A stretch of 64,000 bases of DNA, taken from an uncultured Mycoplasma sp. Lineage in GTDB: Bacteria; Bacillota_I; Bacilli_A; RF39; UBA660. Below the pieces are notes generated by a model. The model made no database searches, had not been told where the DNA came from, and worked only from the letters and a program-made list of their open reading frames with translations. Positions 17,925-28,625 of this stretch are shown here, in pieces. Position numbers and translations under genes: made by a program. The stretch lies in NCBI GenBank assembly GCA_945915275.1, contig CAMEEZ010000001.1, positions 8,204 to 72,203 of the forward strand, read 5' to 3'. Within the stretch, counting starts at the first letter, position 1. Every line of letters starts with the position of its first letter.

Positions 17925-18710
17925 ATGGCAAAAGTAATTTCTTTAGTAAATCAAAAGGGTGGAGTTGGTAAAACAACAACCAGTATAAATTTGGCTGCTG
18001 CTTTGGGTAAAGAGGGAAAAAAGGTTTTATTGGTTGATTTAGATCCTCAAAAGAATGCTACAACTGGTTTAGGATTTAATAATGGTGATTTTAGTAGTGA
18101 TGTTTATGAGGTTATGACTGGGAAATGTCCTATTGAACAGGCAATAGTTAGAACTCGCTTTGAAAATTTAGCAATATTACCTTCAACGATAAATTTAGCT
18201 GGAGTAGATGTAGAATTTGTAAAAAACATGTTAGAAAATAATGAGTTTAAGCAAAATGAACAATTAAAAATAGCATTAGATCAGGTTAGACCTAAGTATG
18301 ATTATATAATAATTGATTGTCAGCCAGCGTTGGGGTTAGCAACTATGAATGCTTTAGTAGCAAGTGATTCTGTAATTATTCCTGTTCAGTGTGAATTTTT
18401 TGCGTTAGAAGGTATTACGCAACTTTTAAACTCAATTATTATGGTTCAATCAAGTATGAATCCTAATTTAAGAATTGAAGGTGTTCTTTTAACCATGCTA
18501 GATGGAAGAACTAACATTGGTTTGGAAGTAATTGAGGAAGTAAGAAAATATTTTAAAAATAAAGTGTTTAACACTATTATTCCAAGGCTTGTCAGATTAG
18601 TTGAAGCTCCAAGTCATGGGAAACCTATTAATGAATATGATCCGACATGCAGAGCTACGGAAGCTTATGCAAATTTAGCAAAGGAAGTGATTAGTCGTGA
18701 CGGAGAATAA
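17925..18710 (+). CDS. parA: chromosome partitioning ATPase ParA/Soj
   Basis: Deviant Walker A NQKGGVGKTT. 261 aa. Followed by parB. Confidence 0.92.
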   Translation: MAKVISLVNQKGGVGKTTTSINLAAALGKEGKKVLLVDLDPQKNATTGLGFNNGDFSSDVYEVMTGKCPIEQAIVRTRFENLAILPSTINLAGVDVEFVKNMLENNEFKQNEQLKIALDQVRPKYDYIIIDCQPALGLATMNALVASDSVIIPVQCEFFALEGITQLLNSIIMVQSSMNPNLRIEGVLLTMLDGRTNIGLEVIEEVRKYFKNKVFNTIIPRLVRLVEAPSHGKPINEYDPTCRATEAYANLAKEVISRDGE

Positions 18711-19590
18711 TAATAAAAAGAAGGCTTTAGGTAAGGGATTAGAACAATTATTTTCAAATTCGGTGATTAATTTTGATAATTTTGAAAGTGATATAGTTGA
18801 AAAAGCTACGACCGAGGGGGATATTATTGAAATTAATTTAGATGAGATTAGAAGTAATCCTTATCAACCAAGAAAAGTTTTTGACGAAGCATCATTGAAT
18901 GAATTGGCTGCTTCCATAAAAGAATATGGTGTTGTTCAACCTATAATTGTTAAAAAAAGTATTAAAGGATATGAATTAGTTGCTGGTGAAAGAAGAACTA
19001 AAGCTTCACGTATTGCTGGTTTAAAGACAATCCCTGCAATTATTAAAGATTTTAATGATCAAGATATGATGGAAATTGCTTTAATAGAAAATATTCAAAG
19101 AGAAAATTTGAATCCTATTGAAGAGGCAGAGAGTTATGCAAATATTATTAAATTAAGAGGATTAACTCAGGAAGAATTTGCTAATAAATTTGGTAAAAGC
19201 AGAAGTTATGTAACAAATATTTTAGGATTGTTAAAATTACCAGACAAAGTAAAAAATTTAGTTTCTCAAAAAGAATTATCCATGGGTCATGCAAGAGTTT
19301 TAAGTAAAATAAATGATGAAACTAAAGTTTTAGAATTAGCAGAAAAAATTATTAAAGAAAATCTTAGTGTTAGGGATATTGAAAAAATTGTATCTGTACA
19401 AGATTTACCTAAGAAAGTTAAGATTAATAGAGGAAATGATTTTCATTATACTATTTATGAAAATGTAATGAGAGATAAAATAGGAACAAAAGTAAAAATA
19501 GGGAAGAATAAAATTGAGATTCCTTTTGATTCAATGAAAGATTTAGAGAGAATTTTAGAGATTATTAATATTAAGATAGATGGTGAATAG
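18697..19590 (+). CDS. parB: chromosome partitioning protein ParB/Spo0J
   Basis: ParB box LVAGERRTKASR and an HTH region. 297 aa. Confidence 0.9.
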   Translation: MTENNNKKKALGKGLEQLFSNSVINFDNFESDIVEKATTEGDIIEINLDEIRSNPYQPRKVFDEASLNELAASIKEYGVVQPIIVKKSIKGYELVAGERRTKASRIAGLKTIPAIIKDFNDQDMMEIALIENIQRENLNPIEEAESYANIIKLRGLTQEEFANKFGKSRSYVTNILGLLKLPDKVKNLVSQKELSMGHARVLSKINDETKVLELAEKIIKENLSVRDIEKIVSVQDLPKKVKINRGNDFHYTIYENVMRDKIGTKVKIGKNKIEIPFDSMKDLERILEIINIKIDGE

Positions 19591-20376
19591 ATGAAATTAA
19601 TAAAGTCAATAATAGCATTTTTATTAAAAAAACAAGTTTGTGGAACTGCAATTACAATTGCAATTGCAATACTAGTTAATAAATTATGTCGTGATTTTAT
19701 TTCTAAAATTTTAAAGAAAAAAGCAAGAAGTCCTGAAGAAAAGAAAACCAAAACCTTAGTATTATTATTTCAAAATATTGTTAAATATGTAATAATTATT
19801 ATTTCTTTAATAATTATTTTGGAATTATTTGATGTTGATACTCAGAGTTTTGTTGCTGGGCTAGGAATTATTGGAATTGTAATTGGATTAGCATTACAAG
19901 ATATACTTAAAGATATTATTATTGGAATAACTATTTTAGCAGAGAATTATTTTGTTGTTGGAGATATTGTTACTATTAATAATTTTACAGGGAAGGTAGT
20001 CGAACTAGGGTTAAGAACCACAAAAATTCAAAATGAAGATGGAGATGTATTATATTTGGCAAATCGTAATATATCAACGTTAATTAATGTTTGTCCTAAA
20101 GAGAGAAGAATTGTTATAGATATTCCAACTGCATATACAGAGAAAACAGATAAAGTTGAAAATGCTATTAAAGAGATTATAAATAATATAGTAGAAAATA
20201 CAACTGCGGATGAAAATAGTGAATATGTAGGAATAACATCGTATACAGACAATTATATTAATTATACTATAAGTATACATTGTCCTAAAGATGATCAAGT
20301 CAAAGTAAAAAGTTATGCTCTTAAAGTAATAAAAGAGATTTATGAGAAAAATTCAATTAGGACTAGGGGGATATAA
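19591..20376 (+). CDS. mechanosensitive ion channel (MscS) family protein
   Basis: N-terminal TM helices plus a beta-domain pattern: GDIVTINNFTGKVVELGLRTTKIQNEDGDVLYLANR. Confidence 0.75.
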   Translation: MKLIKSIIAFLLKKQVCGTAITIAIAILVNKLCRDFISKILKKKARSPEEKKTKTLVLLFQNIVKYVIIIISLIIILELFDVDTQSFVAGLGIIGIVIGLALQDILKDIIIGITILAENYFVVGDIVTINNFTGKVVELGLRTTKIQNEDGDVLYLANRNISTLINVCPKERRIVIDIPTAYTEKTDKVENAIKEIINNIVENTTADENSEYVGITSYTDNYINYTISIHCPKDDQVKVKSYALKVIKEIYEKNSIRTRGI

Positions 20377-20561
20377 TGGAAAAAGCATATAAACTTAATG
20401 ATAAAGTTATAATGAAGAAACCTCATGCATGTCAAACAAATTTATGGACAATTATTAGATGTGGGGTTGATATAAAATTAAGATGTGATAATTGTAAACG
20501 TGAGGTTATGTTAGATCGTTTAGTTTTTGAAAAAAAATTAAAAAAAATAGTTGGTGATTAA
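20376..20561 (+). CDS. DUF951 family protein
   Basis: 61 aa. The HAC...C..C pattern and its position next to ychF are typical of DUF951 in Firmicutes. Confidence 0.7.
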   Translation: MEKAYKLNDKVIMKKPHACQTNLWTIIRCGVDIKLRCDNCKREVMLDRLVFEKKLKKIVGD

Positions 20562-20562
20562 T

Positions 20563-22086
20563 ATGAAAAAAAGTATAAGAGAACGAATGACTCTTCATCC
20601 ACTTATGACAATGTTGATTCTTATTTTTGCGACAATATTGTTAAGTGGTTTTTTGTCTCTTTTAGGAGTTCAGGTAACATATGATAAAATAAATGCTGAT
20701 ATGCTTGAGTATTCTCCCGAAACAGTAACAATTAAGAATTTGCTTAGTTTAGGTGGTTTAAAATATATATTTACTACTACTTTATCAAACTTTGCTTCAT
20801 TTACTCCCTTAAGTAGTTTAATTATAATGCTAATCGGAATAGGTGTAATGGAAAAAAGTGGTTTTCTAAGAACAGCGTTCACATTACTTACAAAAAAAGC
20901 AAAAAAAACAAGTGTTACTTTTGTTATAGTGTTAATATCAATATTAGCAAGTTTGATTGGTGATTTATCGTTTGTTATCTTAATTCCCTTAAGTGCTTTA
21001 TTGTTTCAATATGGAAAAAGAAATCCAAATATAGGAATTATTGCATCTTTTGCTGGTTTAACCTGTGGTCAAGGAATAAGTTTGTTTTTAACTAGTAATG
21101 ATAGTACAATGTTATCAACATCTTTACTTGGTGCTCATATGCTAGATAAGAGTTATTCCATTGGAACATTTGGATTTATTTTAATAATGTTTGTTGCAAT
21201 TATAATTCTATCTTTTTTAATTACAAAGATAACTGAAGATAAAATTGCTAAGATTCTTCCTAAATATGAATTTCCTGAAACGGAAATAGAAGAAGATTTA
21301 TCTATTGGAAGAAAAGAATTAAAGGGGCTTATATTTGGACTTGGTGCTGGTATTTTATATTTATTGATTTTTATATATAATATAATTCCAGGGTTACCAT
21401 TTTCAGGAAAATTTTTAGATAATAGTCAAATATTTTATATTGATAAATTATTTAGTTATGATTCGTTTTTTAGTAATGGATTTGTATTTATAGTAACAAT
21501 GTTATTTATAATTTTAGGATTCTTTTATGGCTTGGGAGCTAAGACAATTAGAAATAATAAAGATTTATGTGATGATTTAGGACATTCATTAGATGGTATA
21601 GGTAATACTATGGTATTAATATTTTTTGCTTCAATATTAATTAATATTTTTAAGTATTCAAATATTGGCGCTGTGATTGTTGCTGGATTAACCAACTTAA
21701 TTGGAAGTGTTAATTTCTCGGCTATGCCTTTAATTTTATTATTATTTGTAATTGCAATTATTTCAACTTTAGTTATGCCATCATCTATAGCGAGATGGTC
21801 AATTATTGGAGGAGTTGCTGTACCAGTGTTAATGAATGCTGGAGTGAATCCTGAGTTTACCCAAGTTATTTATCGTTTTGGAGAATCAATGGCTTTTGGA
21901 TTAACTCCTCTATTTGCTTATTTCGTTATTTATTTAGCATATTTAGAAAAGTATAATCAGAATAAAAAGCCTATAAGCTTATTTAGAACGATTAAATATC
22001 AATTACCATACTCTTTAACAACAGGGGGAGTATTACTATCATTAATAATAATTTGGTATATAATTGGATTACCTGTTGGATTTTAG
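20563..22086 (+). CDS. AbgT family (p-aminobenzoyl-glutamate type) transporter
   Basis: NLLSLGGLKYIFTTTLSNFASFTPL, GIGVMEKSGF and DLSFVILIPLSALLF match my recollection of conserved AbgT blocks. The start was moved to ATG 20563, after GGTGA. Confidence 0.7.
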   Translation: MKKSIRERMTLHPLMTMLILIFATILLSGFLSLLGVQVTYDKINADMLEYSPETVTIKNLLSLGGLKYIFTTTLSNFASFTPLSSLIIMLIGIGVMEKSGFLRTAFTLLTKKAKKTSVTFVIVLISILASLIGDLSFVILIPLSALLFQYGKRNPNIGIIASFAGLTCGQGISLFLTSNDSTMLSTSLLGAHMLDKSYSIGTFGFILIMFVAIIILSFLITKITEDKIAKILPKYEFPETEIEEDLSIGRKELKGLIFGLGAGILYLLIFIYNIIPGLPFSGKFLDNSQIFYIDKLFSYDSFFSNGFVFIVTMLFIILGFFYGLGAKTIRNNKDLCDDLGHSLDGIGNTMVLIFFASILINIFKYSNIGAVIVAGLTNLIGSVNFSAMPLILLLFVIAIISTLVMPSSIARWSIIGGVAVPVLMNAGVNPEFTQVIYRFGESMAFGLTPLFAYFVIYLAYLEKYNQNKKPISLFRTIKYQLPYSLTTGGVLLSLIIIWYIIGLPVGF

Positions 22087-22100
22087 AAAGAGTGATTTAA

Positions 22101-23201
22101 ATGACTTTAAAAGCGGGAATAGTTGGATTACCAAACGTAGGAAAGAGTACGCTTTTCAATGCAATAACTAAACAAAATATCTTGGCGGCAAATTATCCTT
22201 TTGCAACAATAGATCCAAATGTCGGGATGGTAACAGTGCCCGATTCAAGATTGGAATTTTTAGAAAAATTATATATTCCGGATAGTACAGTCCCTACGAC
22301 TTTTGAATATACTGATATTGCTGGATTAGTTAAAGGAGCTTCTTCAGGAGAAGGATTAGGTAATAAGTTTTTATCTCATATAAGAGAAGTAGATGCAATT
22401 GTTGAAGTAGTTAGATGTTTTGATGATGAAAATATTACGCATGTTGAAGGAAGAACAGATCCAATTAGGGATATTGAAATTATTAATGTAGAGTTAATAT
22501 TATCGGATTTAGAAATTGTTGAAAACAGGTTAATAAAAATAATAAAAAAAGCTGAAACTACTAAAGATAAAGAAGCTGTTTTAGAAGTTGAATCTTTAAC
22601 TAAAGCTAAAGAAGCTTTGGAGAAAAGTATTCCTTTAAGACAAGTAGAATTTTCTGAAGAGGAATTATTAGCTATTAAAGCTTTTAATTTTATTACTTTA
22701 AAACCATTAATATATGCAGCTAATGTGGATGAACAAAGCTTGATAGATAAAGATAATGCGTACACATTAAAAGTAAAAGAATATGCCGAAAAAGAAAAAT
22801 CTGGCGTAGTTGTAATGTGTGCTAAAATGGAAAGTGAATTAACAGAGTTAAGTGAAGAAGATAAAAAAGTCTTTTTGGAAGATTTAGGCATAAATCATAG
22901 TGGTTTAGATAGATTAATTTTTGCAACATATGAATTGTTAGGATTATCAACATTTTTTACTGCCGGTCCAAAAGAGGTCAGAGCTTGGACTTTTAAAAAA
23001 GGAATGACTGCAAAAGAACGTGCTGGTTTAATTCATAGTGATATTGCACGAGGGTTTATTAAAGCTGAAGTAATGAGTTTTCAAGATTTAGAAGAGTATA
23101 AGGACGAAAAGAAAGTTCAAGAAAATGGGAAACTTAGATTAGAAGGAAAAGACTATATTATGAAAGATGGCGATATTTGCTATTTTAGATTTAATGTTTA
23201 A
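22101..23201 (+). CDS. ychF: redox-regulated ATPase YchF
   Basis: G1 motif GLPNVGKST, TGS-containing C-terminus. 366 aa. Confidence 0.95.
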   Translation: MTLKAGIVGLPNVGKSTLFNAITKQNILAANYPFATIDPNVGMVTVPDSRLEFLEKLYIPDSTVPTTFEYTDIAGLVKGASSGEGLGNKFLSHIREVDAIVEVVRCFDDENITHVEGRTDPIRDIEIINVELILSDLEIVENRLIKIIKKAETTKDKEAVLEVESLTKAKEALEKSIPLRQVEFSEEELLAIKAFNFITLKPLIYAANVDEQSLIDKDNAYTLKVKEYAEKEKSGVVVMCAKMESELTELSEEDKKVFLEDLGINHSGLDRLIFATYELLGLSTFFTAGPKEVRAWTFKKGMTAKERAGLIHSDIARGFIKAEVMSFQDLEEYKDEKKVQENGKLRLEGKDYIMKDGDICYFRFNV

Positions 23202-23229
23202 GTAGTATAATATAATTAGGAGGCGAAAT

Positions 23230-23862
23230 ATGAATAATAAGATATTATCAAAATCATTTTTATGGATGGCTATCGGTTTGTTAGTCACATTTGCAACTGG
23301 ATTTTTTGTATATAATAGCGAAAGAATATTATTAAGTATTTTTTCTGGTGGATTATATTGGGTATTTATTGTCGCAGAATTTATTTTAGTAATAGTTTTA
23401 TCTGCGAGAGTATTTAAGATGAAGGAAAGTACTGCTAAAATAATGTTTTTACTTTATGCATTTGTATCTGGACTAACATTTTCATCAATATTTCTAGCGT
23501 ATGAAATAGCTTCTATCTTTTATGTGTTTTTGATAGCTTCGGCTGTATATGCATTAGTTGGATTTATTGGGTATACAACAAAATTAGATTTAACTAAATT
23601 TGGTACTTATTTAATAATGGCATTGTTTGGGATTATCATAGCTTCAATAATTAACTTATTCATATTAAATGATACATTTAGTTTAATAATAATAATTATC
23701 GGTTTATTAGTATTTTTGGGAATTACAGCTTATGATGTCCAAAAAATTAGTAAAATGCCTGATTTACCTAATGCTAGCATATATGGAGCATTAGATTTAT
23801 ATTTAGATTTTATTAATATATTCTTAAAATTATTAAGTCTATTCGGAAAGAGTCGTGATTAA
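23230..23862 (+). CDS. Bax inhibitor-1/YccA family membrane protein
   Basis: Seven-TM profile. 210 aa. C-terminal pattern LYLDFINIFLKLL. Confidence 0.8.
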   Translation: MNNKILSKSFLWMAIGLLVTFATGFFVYNSERILLSIFSGGLYWVFIVAEFILVIVLSARVFKMKESTAKIMFLLYAFVSGLTFSSIFLAYEIASIFYVFLIASAVYALVGFIGYTTKLDLTKFGTYLIMALFGIIIASIINLFILNDTFSLIIIIIGLLVFLGITAYDVQKISKMPDLPNASIYGALDLYLDFINIFLKLLSLFGKSRD

Positions 23863-23875
23863 GACTCTTTTTTTA
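23848..23875 (+). terminator. intrinsic terminator
   Basis: AAGAGTC (23848-23854) / GACTCTT (23863-23869), then a T-run. Confidence 0.75.
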
Positions 23876-24075
23876 TAAAATATTTCTTTGAACTTATGAA
23901 AGAAAAAATTATCTCTATAAATAATATTCAAGATATTTTTATATAGATAAAGAAAGTGAATTTATTAGTAAAGAAGAAGATATTATTAGAATAGAAATAG
24001 CTGTAGTAGCTTTATTTTACTATAGTATAATTATTCTATTTTTTTATTAAATGAATATAAATATAAAAATAAACA

Positions 24076-24104
24076 TTTACAGTTTTATTTTTTTTTGTTA
24101 TACT
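24076..24104 (+). promoter_or_regulatory. sigma-A type promoter of rpsF-ssb-rpsR
   Basis: TTTACA (24076-24081), 17 nt, TATACT (24099-24104). Confidence 0.5.
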
Positions 24105-24173
24105 ACTAAGCGAGTAAAGAGATTACTCCTTGCTTCTTAGGAAGCCAAAATGACCATAAGGAGGTGGAAAACA

Positions 24174-24464
24174 ATGAAAAAATACGAAATTATGTTTATT
24201 GTTAAAGCTACAATGGAGGCTGATGCTATTAAGGCATCTGCAGCTGAAATGCAAAAGCTTATAACAGATAATAAAGGTAAAGTAGTTGAATTTAAAGAAA
24301 TGGGTGAAAAGAAACTTGCTTATCCAATCAAAAAAGAATTAAATGGGTATTATTTTGTAATGCAAGTTGAAGCATCCCATGAAGCTATTTCTGAATTTGA
24401 TCGTAAAGCTTTAATTAATGAAACTATTTTAAGACATTTAATAATTAGAATTGATGAGGAATAA
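24174..24464 (+). CDS. rpsF: 30S ribosomal protein S6
   Basis: MKKYEIMFIV... is a typical S6 N-terminus. The start was moved to ATG 24174, after SD AAGGAGGTGG. Confidence 0.92.
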   Translation: MKKYEIMFIVKATMEADAIKASAAEMQKLITDNKGKVVEFKEMGEKKLAYPIKKELNGYYFVMQVEASHEAISEFDRKALINETILRHLIIRIDEE

Positions 24465-24466
24465 TT

Positions 24467-24931
24467 ATGAATAAAGTAATATTAATTGGAAGATTAACTA
24501 AGGATCCTGAGATGAGAACTACAAATACTGGTGTTCCAGTTACATCATTTACTTTAGCGGTAAATAGACCATTCTCTGATGCAAATGGAGAAAGAACTGC
24601 TGATTTTATAAATTGTATTTCTTGGAGAAAACAAGCAGAGAATATAGCAAAATATTGTGTTAAAGGAACTCAAGTTGCTGCTGAAGGTAGAATTCAAACA
24701 CGTAGTTATGATCATACAGATGGTACTAAAAGATACGTTACAGAAGTTATTTGTGATAATGTTACATTCTTATCAACAAAATCTGATATGAATAGAGCAA
24801 ATAATTCTTATGCAACATCAAATACAAATAGTTATTCTTCTAATGATATTGAAACAACAGATATCTCTGAAGATCCTTTTAAAGATTTCGGGGATGAAAT
24901 TGCTTTAAGTGAAGACGATTTACCATTTTAA
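24467..24931 (+). CDS. ssb: single-stranded DNA-binding protein
   Basis: OB-fold N-terminus MNKVILIGRLTKDPE. Acidic tip DDLPF at the C-terminus. Confidence 0.93.
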   Translation: MNKVILIGRLTKDPEMRTTNTGVPVTSFTLAVNRPFSDANGERTADFINCISWRKQAENIAKYCVKGTQVAAEGRIQTRSYDHTDGTKRYVTEVICDNVTFLSTKSDMNRANNSYATSNTNSYSSNDIETTDISEDPFKDFGDEIALSEDDLPF

Positions 24932-24947
24932 AAAGGAGGAATAAACT

Positions 24948-25163
24948 ATGGCAGAATTTCATCGCAAAAAGAAAAAAATATGTCAAATGTGTGCTGGAAA
25001 AAGCGTTGATTATAAAGATGTAATGATTATTAATAAATATATAACTGAAAAGGGAAAAATCATGCCTCGTCGTATGACAGGTGCATGCGCTAAACATCAA
25101 AGACATATTGCAGAACAAATTAAATATGCAAGATTTATGGCATTAGTTCCATATGTAAAATAA
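24948..25163 (+). CDS. rpsR: 30S ribosomal protein S18
   Basis: The pattern DYKDV..INKYITEKGKIMPRRMTG.CAKHQR is typical of S18. Confidence 0.93.
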   Translation: MAEFHRKKKKICQMCAGKSVDYKDVMIINKYITEKGKIMPRRMTGACAKHQRHIAEQIKYARFMALVPYVK

Positions 25164-25184
25164 GCTTTTAAAAAGCTTTTTTTA
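25162..25184 (+). terminator. intrinsic terminator after rpsR
   Basis: AAGCTT (25162-25167) / AAGCTT (25173-25178), then a T-run. Confidence 0.65.
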
Positions 25185-25356
25185 TTTTGTAATTTTAGTG
25201 TACTTTCTTTTTTATAAAAAATACTATATAATTTAATATGTGAGATGAAATTTAATAATAGTAATATGCATTTCTAAATAATGGAGTATATATAAAATAG
25301 TATATTTTTTTAATAAATTTTGATATAATATCTTATAACATTTTATGGAGGTTTTT

Positions 25357-25797
25357 ATGAAAGTTATTTTATTGCAAGATGTAAAAAAACAAGGAAAAAA
25401 AGATCAAATAATTGAAGTGTCTGATGGCTATGCAAATAATTTTTTAATAAAGAATAATTTAGCAGTACCATATACAAAACGTAGTAAAGAAATACTAGAT
25501 ACAGAAATAAACAAAAGAAATAATGAAGAACAAGCATACATTGATAAATGTAATGAAATAAGAAAAAAAATTGAAAATAAAGAGTTCCCTTTTAAAGTTA
25601 AAACTGGTAAAGAAGATAGAGTTTTTGGGACGATTTCAACAAAACAAATAGCAGATGAATTAAATAAACAAGGATATTCTATTGATAAAAAAATGATCGA
25701 GTTAACTACTCCAATGGATTCGTTGGGTAGTCATATAGTAAAATTAAAGTTACATAAAAAAGTGGTATTCAATATTAGAGTAGTACTTAAAAAGTAG
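25357..25797 (+). CDS. rplI: 50S ribosomal protein L9
   Basis: MKVILLQDVKKQGKKDQIIEVSDGYANNFL is the L9 N-terminal domain. The start was moved to ATG 25357, after GGAGG. Confidence 0.92.
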   Translation: MKVILLQDVKKQGKKDQIIEVSDGYANNFLIKNNLAVPYTKRSKEILDTEINKRNNEEQAYIDKCNEIRKKIENKEFPFKVKTGKEDRVFGTISTKQIADELNKQGYSIDKKMIELTTPMDSLGSHIVKLKLHKKVVFNIRVVLKK

Positions 25798-25805
25798 GTG
25801 ATATT

Positions 25806-27152
25806 ATGGCAACAAGAGTTATGCCAAATAATTTAGAAGCTGAAATGAATATTTTAGGAATTGCTTTTTTAGATAGGGCATCTTTAAACAAAATCTGTGA
25901 AGAAATTAATAGAGATGTTTTTTATGATGAAAAAAACAAATTAATTTATGATGCAATTTCAGATATGTATAAAAAAGATGTGCCAATTGATATTATGACT
26001 ATTAAAGATGAATTGGACAAGAAAAAGAAGTTAAATTCAGTCGGAGGGATTGATTATTTAACGGAAGTAATTGATTCAGTTGTATCCGCAGCAAATTTGG
26101 ATTATTATATTCAAATAGTAAAAGAAAATGCAGTGAGAAGAAATTTAATTTCTACTGCAACAGATATAATAACAGATAGTTATGATGAAGAAGATGTTAC
26201 AACTCTTTTGGATAATGCAGAGAGAAATATTTTAAATGCAATTAAAACTAGACAAACTAGTGAATTTGTTCCGATTCATGAAGTTTTACGTAGAGCACAA
26301 GAAAAATTAGAAGAATTGGCTAAAAATAAAAATACGATTACTGGTCTTCGAACAGGATTTTATGATTTGGATCGAATAACAGCAGGGCTACATGGTGGCG
26401 AAATGATTATTTTGGCTGCTCGCCCAGGTATGGGTAAAACAGCGTTTTCTTTAAATATTGCTACTAATGCTGCAATGAGTACAGATAAAGCTGTTGCAAT
26501 ATTTAACTTAGAAATGCCTGCGGAACAATTAGTTAACAGAATGATTTCTTCTGTGGGACAAATCGATTCTCATAAGTTGCAAACTGGACAGTTGCAACAT
26601 AATGATTGGAAAAGGTATAATGAAGCGTTAAGTCAATTGGCAGAAACAAATATATATATTGAGGACACTGCTGGTATTACAGTTTCAGAAATTAGAGCAA
26701 AATGCCGTAGACTTGCAAATATGGAAAAAGGACTTGGTTTAGTAGTAATTGATTATTTGCAGTTAGTTACAACGGGCAACAGAAGAATTGAGTCAAGACA
26801 GGTTGAAGTATCTGAGATTTCACGTTCATTAAAAACAATGGCTTTAGAATTAGATGTTCCAGTTATAGCATTAGCACAACTTTCTCGTAGTGCAGAAAAG
26901 CGTGAAAATTCACAACCTATGTTAGCAGATTTAAGAGAATCGGGATCATTGGAACAAGATGCAGATATGGTATTATTCATTAATCGGAAAGATTACTATG
27001 AAGCTAAGAGTGATAAGCACGAAACTATTGTTCCGGCAGAATTAATTATAGCTAAACATCGTAAGGGTTCAACGGGAGTAATTAATTTAGTGTTTGAACT
27101 TAGCATGAGTAATTTTAAAAATTATATGAAAACTACTGAAGAAGAATATTAA
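25806..27152 (+). CDS. dnaB: replicative DNA helicase (DnaB family; DnaC in Bacillus nomenclature)
   Basis: N-terminus PNNLEAEMNILG, Walker A ARPGMGKT, C-terminal RecA-like motifs. 448 aa. Confidence 0.96.
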   Translation: MATRVMPNNLEAEMNILGIAFLDRASLNKICEEINRDVFYDEKNKLIYDAISDMYKKDVPIDIMTIKDELDKKKKLNSVGGIDYLTEVIDSVVSAANLDYYIQIVKENAVRRNLISTATDIITDSYDEEDVTTLLDNAERNILNAIKTRQTSEFVPIHEVLRRAQEKLEELAKNKNTITGLRTGFYDLDRITAGLHGGEMIILAARPGMGKTAFSLNIATNAAMSTDKAVAIFNLEMPAEQLVNRMISSVGQIDSHKLQTGQLQHNDWKRYNEALSQLAETNIYIEDTAGITVSEIRAKCRRLANMEKGLGLVVIDYLQLVTTGNRRIESRQVEVSEISRSLKTMALELDVPVIALAQLSRSAEKRENSQPMLADLRESGSLEQDADMVLFINRKDYYEAKSDKHETIVPAELIIAKHRKGSTGVINLVFELSMSNFKNYMKTTEEEY

Positions 27153-27161
27153 GGAGGAATA

Positions 27162-28625
27162 ATGCAAAAAGAAAATGTCATATCCATATTAATAGGAGTG
27201 GTAACAGCTGTTATCATATTTTCTTTGAATGGAATAACACAAAAAAATGAAGAAGCACAATCACTTTATCAAGTCTATCTTAATGGCCAAACTATTGGGG
27301 TTATTCAAGATAAAGAAGGTTTATATGATTTAATAAATGATAAACAAAAAGAAATAAAAGATAAATATGGTGTAGAAAATGTATATCCTCCGAATGATTT
27401 TAAAATTACTAAATTATATACTTACGATAATGAGGTAAACAATATTAGTTATATTTATAATAAAATTGAGGAAGTTGATAACTTTACAATAAGAGGATAT
27501 GTTGTAACTATAAAACCTGAAGAAGGCGAAGAGAAGTCTTTTAATATATTAGATAAGAAAGTATTTAATGATGCAATTAATTCATTTATTTTAGCTTTTG
27601 TTGATGAAGAAGATTATAATAACTATTTAAATAATGAGCAAAGTGAAATATCTGAAGTTGGAAAATTAATTGAGAGTATGTATTTTGATGAAAAAATAAC
27701 AATTAAAGAAGCTTATATAAGTGTTAAAGATAAGATATACACGGATTCAAATGAATTATCACAGTATTTGCTTTTTGGAAATAATTCAGAGAAGAAGATG
27801 TATACAATAAAAGAAGGAGACACTATAGCTTCAGTTTCTGAGGAAAATAAACTTAATCCTCAAGAATTTTTGATTGCTAACCCCAAATATGCTAGTGAAG
27901 ATAGTTTACTTGCAATAAATGATACTGTTAATATTACATTGATTGATCCTGTATTAACATTAACTTATCAATTATACAGTATTGAGGATGTTGAGCAATA
28001 TTTTGAAAAGACTACAATTTATGATAACTCCAAGGCATATAATTATTCTGAAATTACACAGCCAGGAATTAATGGTATAACTAGGGTTACCTCAAGGTAT
28101 GCCGTTGTCAATGGAGAAAAAAGCCAAGGTATTATTAAAATTTCCGAGGAAGTTATTCGTGAAAAAGTAGACCAGGTTACTACTAAAGGAAGAAAGACAT
28201 ATAATTATGGAACTTATGTAAATCTTGATGGTGACTGGGCATGGCCAACTAATAGTGGTTATATTATTACAAGTCAATATGGATGGCGTTGGGGTAAATA
28301 TCATGAAGGAGTAGATATTGCACTTGGTTATGGAATAGGTTCTCCAATATATTCTATAGCTGATGGTGTAGTAGTTGATGTTTTATATCAAAATACAGGA
28401 GGAAAAATGATTATAATCGATCATGGTAATAATATATTCTCTATGTACGCACATTTAAATTCTCAGTTAGTTAAAATAGGTCAAACAGTTTCAAGAGCAC
28501 AAAAGATAGGAACAATGGGTAATACAGGATATACAACTGGGCCACACTTACATTTAAGTGTTTCTCAGGGAATGCCTTATACGTCTAGTTATAAATTTAT
28601 TAACCCATTATCATTATATAGATAA
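27162..28625 (+). CDS. membrane-anchored M23 family metallopeptidase with LysM and G5-like regions
   Basis: The LysM-like segment is YTIKEGDTIASVSEENKLNPQEFLIANP. M23 motifs are HEGVDIA and GPHLHL. N-terminal TM segment. Confidence 0.8.
   Translation: MQKENVISILIGVVTAVIIFSLNGITQKNEEAQSLYQVYLNGQTIGVIQDKEGLYDLINDKQKEIKDKYGVENVYPPNDFKITKLYTYDNEVNNISYIYNKIEEVDNFTIRGYVVTIKPEEGEEKSFNILDKKVFNDAINSFILAFVDEEDYNNYLNNEQSEISEVGKLIESMYFDEKITIKEAYISVKDKIYTDSNELSQYLLFGNNSEKKMYTIKEGDTIASVSEENKLNPQEFLIANPKYASEDSLLAINDTVNITLIDPVLTLTYQLYSIEDVEQYFEKTTIYDNSKAYNYSEITQPGINGITRVTSRYAVVNGEKSQGIIKISEEVIREKVDQVTTKGRKTYNYGTYVNLDGDWAWPTNSGYIITSQYGWRWGKYHEGVDIALGYGIGSPIYSIADGVVVDVLYQNTGGKMIIIDHGNNIFSMYAHLNSQLVKIGQTVSRAQKIGTMGNTGYTTGPHLHLSVSQGMPYTSSYKFINPLSLYR

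Noticed and set aside
17764-19590. Search for parS (TGTTNCACGTGAAACA) near parAB, and for DnaA boxes (TTATCCACA) in this origin-proximal-looking gene set
   Set aside because: I found no convincing match by eye. A pattern search on the full sequence would be needed before claiming presence or absence.
22376-22891. 171-aa minus-strand ORF from the track
   Set aside because: It lies entirely antisense inside the well-supported ychF gene. Its product is Ser/Leu/Ile/Thr-rich low-complexity sequence, as expected from the reverse complement of an AT-rich coding region. It has no RBS.
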